Origin: a virus
Taxonomy: Duplodnaviria > Heunggongvirae > Uroviricota > Caudoviricetes
Strand: one strand, 5' to 3'
Virus record (IMG/VR): IMGVR_UViG_3300036766_002280
Coordinates: 54,803 to 118,802 of that record
Length of the DNA stretch: 64,000 bases
This document shows, one piece after another, positions 56,495 through 64,000 of this stretch. The notes below the pieces were generated by a model, which saw only the letters and a list, made by a program, of their open reading frames with translations, did not search any database and was not told the origin of the DNA. The translations under genes and the position numbers were made by a program. Position 1 is the stretch's first letter. Every line of letters starts with the position of its first letter.

Positions 56495-57028
56495 ATGAAT
56501 AACAAGGACTTGACGGTTATAAATATTTTTGGTGGGCCAGGTTCTGGTAAGTCAGCAACAGCATCCGGATTGTTTCATCGAATGAAAGTAGAAGGAGATT
56601 CTGTTGAGTTGGTAACAGAGTACGCAAAGGATCTGGTATGGGAGGAACGTTTTAAATTCATGCCTGATCAAGATTATGTAATGGCAAAACAGAATAGACG
56701 ACTACGCCGTTTAGTTGGTAAAGTAAAATATGCTATAACGGATTCCCCTTTGTTACTTAGTATTACCTATTCCCCACTAACATTTCCAGAGTCGTTTAAA
56801 ACTTTTTGCGTTGATGTTTTCAAAAGTTACAATAATATAAGTATATATTTGAAAAGGTTCCATGGCTATCAATTGGATGGTCGAAGGCAAGATGAGGAGC
56901 AAGCTAACGTGGTTTCTTTATCAATTCAAAATATGTTGAATGAATACCATGTTGAACACTGCGCTCTTGAAACTAATTCAACTACAGTAGCTGATATTAT
57001 TGCCTACCTTCGATCGTTTAGAACCTAG
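56495..57028 (+). CDS. P-loop nucleoside/nucleotide kinase-like
   Basis: INIFGGPGSGKSATAS. Confidence 0.4.
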   Translation: MNNKDLTVINIFGGPGSGKSATASGLFHRMKVEGDSVELVTEYAKDLVWEERFKFMPDQDYVMAKQNRRLRRLVGKVKYAITDSPLLLSITYSPLTFPESFKTFCVDVFKSYNNISIYLKRFHGYQLDGRRQDEEQANVVSLSIQNMLNEYHVEHCALETNSTTVADIIAYLRSFRT

Positions 57029-57067
57029 CACAAAATAATTAACATTTTTAAGAAAAGGAAACTAATC

Positions 57068-58051
57068 ATGGCAATTTTTGGAGCTTCTAGTACCGGTGAC
57101 TCAGCCTCAGAAGTGGTAGATCTTCATGTTAAGTATAGGCCTACCGTTTTAGACGCGGTAATAGGGCAAGATGCAACGGTCAATTCTATCAAGGGATTGT
57201 TTAAAGAAAACAAAATTCCTCATGCTATTTTATTTACGGGACCTTCAGGAACTGGGAAAACTACTCTAGCCAGGATTATAGCTAGGACATTGAAAGTTCA
57301 TTCTTATGACATACTCGAAAGAGATGCCGCAATCTACTCTGGGGTGGAGGACATGCGCCATCTGATTGAGGGGTTAAAATACACTGGTATGGGCGGATCC
57401 GGGATCAAGTTTATTATACTTGATGAGTGTCACCAATTATCGAAGGCATCTTGGAACTCAATTCTAAAGGAATTAGAAGAACCACCAATTCATGTTTATT
57501 GGGTTTTATGCACAACTGATCCTACGAAAGTTCCTGACACCATTAAAACACGATGTCATTCTTATACTCTGAAGAGTGTAAAGTTAGATGATTTGAGGGA
57601 TTTACTTGATTACGTCTGCGCCGAAGAAAAGATTATCCTTCCAGAAGGTGCCGCAGAAATTATTGCCAGAAATGCAGATGGTAGTCCGAGGAAAGCTTTA
57701 GTTGGTCTGTCACAATCTCGACATTGCCAGACAAAGGAAGACGTTATTAAAGTTTTAGAATCGATAGACAACTCTGGGGATGTTCTAGATTTATGCAGGT
57801 TGCTGGTCGATAGGGGGCCACGGTGGGAGAAGGTCAAGAAAATATTCACAGTCTTGAAAGATGCCAATCCCGAAGGTATTAGAATCCAAATTGTAGGCTA
57901 TCTCATGTCCTGTATTCTGAAGGCAAACTTAGAAAAAGAAACTGCCAGATTTTTGACTATTCTGCAAAATTTTGATAATCCGATTTATCATAATACTGGC
58001 ATGGCTACCTTGATGTTATCTGTCGGCAACGTTATTCTAAACGATGAGTAA
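57068..58051 (+). CDS. clamp-loader AAA+ ATPase (DnaX/gp44-like)
   Basis: HAILFTGPSGTGKTTLAR, ILDECHQLS and TRC. Confidence 0.75.
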   Translation: MAIFGASSTGDSASEVVDLHVKYRPTVLDAVIGQDATVNSIKGLFKENKIPHAILFTGPSGTGKTTLARIIARTLKVHSYDILERDAAIYSGVEDMRHLIEGLKYTGMGGSGIKFIILDECHQLSKASWNSILKELEEPPIHVYWVLCTTDPTKVPDTIKTRCHSYTLKSVKLDDLRDLLDYVCAEEKIILPEGAAEIIARNADGSPRKALVGLSQSRHCQTKEDVIKVLESIDNSGDVLDLCRLLVDRGPRWEKVKKIFTVLKDANPEGIRIQIVGYLMSCILKANLEKETARFLTILQNFDNPIYHNTGMATLMLSVGNVILNDE

Positions 58052-58055
58052 CGAT

Positions 58056-58733
58056 ATGGGAAATACACGTAAAGATATGACAGGACAAATTTGTGATCGA
58101 TGGACTGTATTGTCCTACTATCATTCTGATAAATGGAGTAGTTACTGGAACTGCCGCTGCATCTGCGGCACAGAAGCTGTTGTCGCAGGAGGAGATCTTC
58201 GGCGTGGCCATACTAGATCTTGTGGTTGTTTGAAAGTTGAATTAGTTATCGAACGTTTGACAACTCACGGTCTATCATCGCATCCTCTCTACGGTGTTTG
58301 GTGGGAAATGAACTATCGGTGTAATAATTCTAATCATGATGAATACCACAACTACGGTGGTCGAGCTGTTCCGATCGCTGTCTGCGATCGATGGCATCAA
58401 GACAATCCAGATGGGTTAGCTAACTTCATTACGGACATGTACGATACATACAAAGCAGGCTTGACCATCGAAAGAAAAGAAAACAACTCAGGTTATTCAA
58501 AAGAAAATTGCCGCTGGGCCACCATGAAGGAGCAACAGAATAATCGAAGAGATACTAGGTTTATTGCCTATCAAGGCAGAGAAATAACTTTAACTCAGTT
58601 AATAGACATAACAGGTACGACAATTCCTAGAAGTATCTTAGATGATAGAATCTTTGTATGGAAATGGCCTGTCGAAAAAGCATTAACAACCCCAGTACAA
58701 AAACGAAGGAAAAATAGTAAGAAATCAAAATGA
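58056..58733 (+). mobile_element. freestanding homing-endonuclease-like gene, copy 3
   Basis: MGNTRKDMTGQICDRWTVL...WNCRCICGTEAVVAGG. Confidence 0.5.
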
Positions 58734-58791
58734 GTAAAAACAATACAACAATTGTTTCAGTATATATAAGAATAAGAAAGGGAAAGGGAAA

Positions 58792-59277
58792 ATGCAGATT
58801 ACAATTGAACAAGCAAAAGAGTTGTTAATGATTGACAAGCATAATCTTGACCAAGAATGTATGTCTCAGTCTGATATCTTTTTCAGGATTGAAGAACAAG
58901 TTGCTATGGCAATAAGTTTGAAGGATCATGCTAAAGAAAATCTTACTCAAGTCGATGCTAACCTTGCAAAAGAAATTAGACAAGCTGCTGAAACCAATTC
59001 TATTAAATTGACGGAAGCTAAGATACAGGAATTAATTGTAACGGATGAAAAGCATAGCAAAGCAATGCAGGAAGCTATAAAAGCAAAGTATGAATCTGAT
59101 ATGTGGATGAACATGAAGGAAGCTTTTGCGCAAAGGTCTTCTATGCTGAAAGAAATGTGTAACCTATACTTAGCTGGCTACTATGTACGAGACTCCGTTA
59201 AAGCAAAAACAGATGCTATTGAGTACTCTCAAAATAGACAGCTTATCAATGAACGGAGAAAGAAGTTAAATGAATGA
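58792..59277 (+). CDS. hypothetical coiled-coil protein
   Basis: RBS gggaaagggaaaATG. Confidence 0.45.
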   Translation: MQITIEQAKELLMIDKHNLDQECMSQSDIFFRIEEQVAMAISLKDHAKENLTQVDANLAKEIRQAAETNSIKLTEAKIQELIVTDEKHSKAMQEAIKAKYESDMWMNMKEAFAQRSSMLKEMCNLYLAGYYVRDSVKAKTDAIEYSQNRQLINERRKKLNE

Positions 59278-59488
59278 GCTGCTGAAATGGGTATTAGCTT
59301 GGCCACTTGTAGCTATATTGTTTTTATTCGCTATCTACTTAGTAAGTAGAATTGTGTTTATTGGCTACTTTAAAACGAAGGACGAGTTTCAAAATCGTAA
59401 CGTAACTACAACTACAACTACAATTATAAAGAAAGAGGAGAAGAAAAATGCAGCAGAAAAAGTTCGAGTACAAGAAGAGAAACGCTGA
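59270..59488 (+). CDS. small membrane protein
   Basis: One TM helix. Confidence 0.35.
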   Translation: MNELLKWVLAWPLVAILFLFAIYLVSRIVFIGYFKTKDEFQNRNVTTTTTTIIKKEEKKNAAEKVRVQEEKR

Positions 59489-60515
59489 TCAGATTAAAAA
59501 AAGAGCTGCTCAGGCAGGAGGAAGAAGAGATGGAATTGTAAAAGATGATTTCAAGGTCTTTACTCCAAAAGATAAGGATAACAGACTTAGATTTCTTCCA
59601 CCAACTTGGGAGTCTTCAGAACATTATGGATTTGATATCTATGTTCATTATGGAATTGGTCCTGATAATGGGCAGTATCTTTGTCTAGCCAAAATGAAGA
59701 ATTCTATGTGCCCAATTTGCGAAGAACGACATCGAGCTGAATCAGAGAAGTTAACTGATTATGCCAAGGAGTTAAATCCGGTTAAGAGAGTTCTTATTTG
59801 GCTGATTGATCGAGATCAGGAAGATGATGGTCCAAAAATTTGGGCTATGCCTTGGACAATAGACAGAGATATAAGTAAATTATCAGTGGAGGAAAAAGGA
59901 GCTCAAGCTGGGTCGTTTCTTCCCATTGATGATCCTGATGAAGGGTACGATGTTGAATTCGAACGTAAAGGAAAAGGTATCCAAACAGAATTCATAGGAT
60001 TAAGAATTGCCAGAAGGGCTTCTTCGTTAGGAAATCAAACATGGTTAGATTATGTGGTAGAACATCCATTACCTTCCTGTTTGAATTTTCAAGAGTATGA
60101 GTATATTCAAAATGTTTTTAATGCCAAACCAGTTCCTAAAGATGCTACTACTACAGAAAAGGATAGTAAAGAATCCAAACCTGAAAATTCTCAATCTAAT
60201 TCTTCGTCAAAGACCTCTTCGTTTGAACAGGCTACCTCTTTACCAGAATCTAATCCTAAACTAGATTTTACTTTCGAACAGATTTCTTCTTTAGAGAAGG
60301 ACGATCTTGTTGAGCTAGCTTTAGAGTACAAAATGATTACTCCAGTGGAATCTAAAATTCTTTCTATTGAGCAACTTTTTATAAGAATTTGTTCGAAAGG
60401 CGGTATAGTTATTCCTGGTAAAGAAGAAAAGAAGGAAGAGCCTAAAAAGGAAGAATCTAAAAAATTATCTTACAAGGATAAGTTGAAAAAGATTAAAGAG
60501 GAAGAAGGTGTTTAA
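59448..60515 (+). CDS. ssDNA-binding-protein-like (gp32-like?) with acidic/Ser-rich C-terminus
   Basis: Basic N-terminus, CLAKM...CPICEERH zinc-like site and acidic tail. Weak. Confidence 0.3.
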   Translation: MQQKKFEYKKRNADQIKKRAAQAGGRRDGIVKDDFKVFTPKDKDNRLRFLPPTWESSEHYGFDIYVHYGIGPDNGQYLCLAKMKNSMCPICEERHRAESEKLTDYAKELNPVKRVLIWLIDRDQEDDGPKIWAMPWTIDRDISKLSVEEKGAQAGSFLPIDDPDEGYDVEFERKGKGIQTEFIGLRIARRASSLGNQTWLDYVVEHPLPSCLNFQEYEYIQNVFNAKPVPKDATTTEKDSKESKPENSQSNSSSKTSSFEQATSLPESNPKLDFTFEQISSLEKDDLVELALEYKMITPVESKILSIEQLFIRICSKGGIVIPGKEEKKEEPKKEESKKLSYKDKLKKIKEEEGV

Positions 60516-60540
60516 CTTTCACAAAGAATGAGAGGCAGAC

Positions 60541-61632
60541 ATGGAAAAAGTTGAAAGAGTAAAATTGAATACAACAACAGCTCCTATCGAAGTAATTACC
60601 CAATCCGAAAGATTGGGTAATTACTTTTTTAAGGAAAAGGCAGTAGATTTTATTGCCTCAGGATGCGTTCTTCTTGATAATGTTATGGGAGGAGGATATC
60701 CAGTTGGAAGAGTTGTTAACATTGTAGGGGATAAAAGCACAGGAAAAACTTTGCTGGCTATTGAAGTTTGTGCCAACTTTCGACAAAAATTTTCTGAAGG
60801 CAAGATTTATTATCATGAAGCTGAATCGGCTTTCGATAAACCTTATGCGGAACTGCTTGGTCTTCCTGTGAACTCAATAGAATTTGTCCGGGATTTGGAA
60901 CCTGGAAAACTTAGTGAGGTGGAACTGAAGGAGCTGGCAACTGTTGAAGGACTATTCAAAAAGCTAGATGAGATCATCACAGAAAAATCTAAAAAGAAAA
61001 GTAAGATTCCAGCTCTATACATCATTGATTCTTTGGATGCCCTCTCAGATAAGGCAGAGCAAGAACGTGAGATGGGGGAAGGAACCTATGGAGCTAATAA
61101 GGCTAAAGCAATGTCCGAGATGTTCCGCAGGATGATTACAAAGGCAGGAAGTGTTCATCTTACTATTATTTTTATTTCCCAGATACGAGATAAGATCGGG
61201 GTCATGTTTGGTAGGAAATGGGATCGTTCTGGAGGGCATGCTCTTGATTTTTATGCTTCGGTCGTGTTATACTTAGCTGAAGTTGAAAAGATAAAAAAGA
61301 CTATTCGTGGAGTTGAGCGTGTTATAGGAGTTTGGATCAAAGCTAATGCTGAGAAGAATAAAATAGGATTACCATTCAGAAACTGCGAATTTCCTATTCT
61401 TTTTGGATATGGAATTGATGAAACTGCTGCTTGCTTGTATTGGCTAAAAACAGTTAAAGGGCTAGAAGAAATTGGTTTTGATTCAAAAATGGGAGACGCT
61501 GATATATATAGTTTAGCTAATGATCTTCGTGCTGCAAAAAATATGGATATGATTAAAAAAATTGTAGACCATAGCAAAAATTTGTGGATCGAAATCGAGA
61601 AAGAATTTCTACCTGTCAGCACAAAGTACTAG
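60541..61632 (+). CDS. RecA/UvsX-like recombinase
   Basis: Walker A VGDKSTGKT, IIDSLDAL and RecA-like layout. Confidence 0.65.
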   Translation: MEKVERVKLNTTTAPIEVITQSERLGNYFFKEKAVDFIASGCVLLDNVMGGGYPVGRVVNIVGDKSTGKTLLAIEVCANFRQKFSEGKIYYHEAESAFDKPYAELLGLPVNSIEFVRDLEPGKLSEVELKELATVEGLFKKLDEIITEKSKKKSKIPALYIIDSLDALSDKAEQEREMGEGTYGANKAKAMSEMFRRMITKAGSVHLTIIFISQIRDKIGVMFGRKWDRSGGHALDFYASVVLYLAEVEKIKKTIRGVERVIGVWIKANAEKNKIGLPFRNCEFPILFGYGIDETAACLYWLKTVKGLEEIGFDSKMGDADIYSLANDLRAAKNMDMIKKIVDHSKNLWIEIEKEFLPVSTKY

Positions 61633-61668
61633 TTAAGAAATCTATTTTTAGATTTTTTAATTTTGTTA

Positions 61669-61695
61669 TTGATTTTATTTTTATTATATTATAAT
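61669..61695 (+). promoter_or_regulatory. sigma70-like promoter (cassette variant)
   Basis: ttgatt at 61669-74 and tataat at 61690-95. Confidence 0.35.
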
Positions 61696-61751
61696 ATTAC
61701 CTTTAAATCAATTTGAAACGTTGCTTAGAGGTCTTATAAAGGAGAAGTAAA

Positions 61752-62621
61752 ATGGAAAAAGATATACCAATTCGTAGGATGGTAGTGTTAGGTATTCGGG
61801 CTGCAACTGCGATTGTTGTTTTAGTAGTTGGTTTGAATATTTTCTTTGGTTCCTGGTATACGGTCTCACCTGGGCATAGAGGGGTTATAGTTCGTTTAGG
61901 GGCAGTTCAAAAAGGAGTTTCAGGAGAAGGATTTCATTGGAAATTACCATGGTTGGATACAATTGAGAATATGGATGTAAGAGTACAAAAGGATCCTGTT
62001 AAAGCCGACGCAGCTTCCCACGACTTACAGATTGTCACAACTCAAGTGGTTGCTAACTATTATGTCATTCCAGAGAAAGCGGATGAAGTATTTCAGAAAC
62101 TAGGTTTTGGATACGCTGATACAGTTATTTCTCCAGCCCTTCAGGAAATTGTTAAGGCAGTCACAGCAAAGTATTCTGCTGAAGAGCTAATCACTAAACG
62201 AGCATTAGTTAAATCTCAAATCAAAGAGTTGTTAGTAGAGAGACTTCTTACTTACAATGTTACGCTTGTAGATATTTCGATAGCAGATTTCAATTTTGCA
62301 AAGTCCTTTAATGATGCTATCGAAGCGAAGCAGGTTGCAGAACAACAAGTTGCTACTTCTAGAAACACTCTAGAGCAGATAAAAGTAGAAGCTCTTTCAG
62401 CTATTGCAACAGCTCATGGGCAGGCAGAGTCTAGATTGGAAATAGCTCGTGCTGAGGCTGAAGCAAACAGATTAAAATTGCTTTCTTTAACTCCCCAGTT
62501 AATTCAGTATGAAGCGATAAGGAAATGGGATGGAGAACTTCCAACCTTTGTAGGTGGTACTGGTATTCCTTTTATCGGCGATGTTAGTAAGTTAAAAAAA
62601 GAAAAAAAATCGGATGATTGA
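61752..62621 (+). CDS. SPFH/band-7 (prohibitin/HflK-like) membrane protein
   Basis: N-terminal TM helix. VSPGHRGVIVRLGAV...LDTIENMDVRVQ. Confidence 0.7.
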   Translation: MEKDIPIRRMVVLGIRAATAIVVLVVGLNIFFGSWYTVSPGHRGVIVRLGAVQKGVSGEGFHWKLPWLDTIENMDVRVQKDPVKADAASHDLQIVTTQVVANYYVIPEKADEVFQKLGFGYADTVISPALQEIVKAVTAKYSAEELITKRALVKSQIKELLVERLLTYNVTLVDISIADFNFAKSFNDAIEAKQVAEQQVATSRNTLEQIKVEALSAIATAHGQAESRLEIARAEAEANRLKLLSLTPQLIQYEAIRKWDGELPTFVGGTGIPFIGDVSKLKKEKKSDD

Positions 62622-63807
62622 CCTATCTGTTGAACAGCGTAAAGCCTATGATTCTATGATGGATTTCCTGAAATCATATTTTAATAGGGACCCTACGCAT
62701 CCATACTTTGTTTTAAGCGGAGTTGCTGGTTCTGGCAAAACTTCCATTCTAGGATTACTTTATAATGATCTGATAGCCAAAGAATACAAGAAAGTTGCCG
62801 TTCTTGCTTTTACTGGGCGGGCTGCATCGGTTCTTAGACGAAAAGGAATTCCTACCGCTTCTACAATTCATTCCTTTCTTTATAAGCCCATATACGATAA
62901 TTATAAAAGATTGATCGGCTGGAAAAAGAAAATGGATATTCCAGAGGAACGAGAAGCTCTTCTTACTCAAAATAACTGCATCATAATCGATGAGTCAAGC
63001 ATGGTATCAGAGAAGATTTTTATGGACCTAATCGAAACTGCCCTGCCGATTCTTTTTGTAGGAGATAGTGAGCAGCTTCCCCCTGTTGAAGATGTCGCTA
63101 AAAATTTTGAGTTGATGCAAAATCATAATTTCTTGTTAACGGAAATTCATAGGCAGGCTTGGAATAACCCAATCATCAAATTGAGTAAAGAGATACGCGA
63201 AAACAATCGATACGATAGACGTTTAGAAGATATTCAGCACATTAAATACATTCGGAAGTATGAGCTCTACAAAAACGACGGGTTGAAAAAAATCTACAAC
63301 TTTGTAGATGTGATTTTATGCCGATACAATAAAACAAGGATGGATTTCAATAACAATATGAGGGCTTTACTAGGATTCAGTGGAACTTTTGCTACGGTAG
63401 GAGAAACTATTATCTGTCTAAAAAATGATCTTATAAAGGATCTCATGTTTTACAACGGCGAGCGATTTGAAGTTGTCCGCGTATCGGAGCCTTTCAAATA
63501 TGAAAATACTGGATTAATGTGCAGGGAATATGATCTAAAAAGTATTGAATTCGATAAATTTTATGCCAACATCCCAATTTCAGAAAGTAGTTGGGATACC
63601 ACGGACTGGAGCAAGGAACGCAACAATACTAACAAAGGGGTAGGGTATTTTACTTTTGGTTATGTAATGACCACTCATAAAGCGCAGGGAAGCGAATTTT
63701 CTAATACCTTGTTTATCGATGAAGGGGATAATCGTCACAACGATCAGCGACGTTTTAGATATACAGCTGTTACTCGGGCAAAAGAAAGAATTATTATAGG
63801 ATTATAG
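62614..63807 (+). CDS. Dda/RecD-like SF1B DNA helicase
   Basis: LSGVAGSGKTS, IIDESSMVS and C-terminal TTHKAQGSEF...YTAVTRAKERIII. Confidence 0.75.
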   Translation: MIDLSVEQRKAYDSMMDFLKSYFNRDPTHPYFVLSGVAGSGKTSILGLLYNDLIAKEYKKVAVLAFTGRAASVLRRKGIPTASTIHSFLYKPIYDNYKRLIGWKKKMDIPEEREALLTQNNCIIIDESSMVSEKIFMDLIETALPILFVGDSEQLPPVEDVAKNFELMQNHNFLLTEIHRQAWNNPIIKLSKEIRENNRYDRRLEDIQHIKYIRKYELYKNDGLKKIYNFVDVILCRYNKTRMDFNNNMRALLGFSGTFATVGETIICLKNDLIKDLMFYNGERFEVVRVSEPFKYENTGLMCREYDLKSIEFDKFYANIPISESSWDTTDWSKERNNTNKGVGYFTFGYVMTTHKAQGSEFSNTLFIDEGDNRHNDQRRFRYTAVTRAKERIIIGL

Positions 63808-63808
63808 C

Positions 63809-64000
63809 ATGTGCCTAAACAAAAATATGCTTTGTGCTAAGTGCGGTGGGTTAACAGGAAAAAGGGGTGTCAGCGTACATCTTAATAAGGATTTAACCCC
63901 CGAACAGAACATGCATTTACTGCAAGACGCTTTTGCTAAAGTACTTAATCCTGAATTAAAAATTCCAGAAGAGTTTTATTGCATTTGTAGAATAGGATAA
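63809..64000 (+). CDS. hypothetical protein (3' end outside window)
   Basis: ORF runs off the window end. Confidence 0.3.
   Translation: MCLNKNMLCAKCGGLTGKRGVSVHLNKDLTPEQNMHLLQDAFAKVLNPELKIPEEFYCICRIG

Overview
This window looks like a gene-dense segment of a large AT-rich dsDNA phage genome, or a phage-derived element. Every credible gene lies on the + strand, and the minus-strand ORFs in the track appear to be artefacts. The order of modules from left to right is as follows.

- **1-5 kb:** small unknown genes, one of them a radical-SAM-like protein.
- **5-18 kb:** an RNA-repair and NAD-salvage island. It holds RtcB, a LemA/TPM-domain pair, two DUF5615-like (PIN-like) paralogs, an NMNAT-Nudix fusion, a Ro60-like TROVE/vWA protein followed by a structured tRNA-like non-coding region with a Y-RNA-like look, NAMPT, two tRNAs and an HD+NadD-like protein.
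- **18.5-36.6 kb:** a long run of small early-type genes. Each is driven by a nearly identical 45-60 bp cassette with a perfect TTGATT-17-TATAAT promoter, present in at least 9 copies. Inside this run, two strictly 36-bp-periodic arrays of 8 and 9 units (9 constant + 9 variable + 9 constant bases) flank a gene that matches only the C-terminal Transposase_20 domain of IS110-family transposases and lacks the DEDD/RuvC domain.
- **37-64 kb:** a replication, nucleotide-metabolism and DNA-modification module.
  - 7-deazaguanine pathway: QueE, QueD, FolE and a DpdA-like transglycosylase, with no QueC seen.
  - Replication and recombination: DnaC-like, FEN, DnaB-like, SNF2, VRR-NUC, primase, sigma-like factor, sliding clamp, family-A DNA polymerase with a UDG-like N-terminal domain, clamp loader, SSB-like, RecA/UvsX-like, SPFH and Dda-like helicase.
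  - Nucleotide metabolism: ThyX, dCMP deaminase and two P-loop kinases.
  - Three near-identical freestanding homing-endonuclease-like genes are inserted between these genes.

All functional calls come from motifs read by eye in the translations. No database search was possible.
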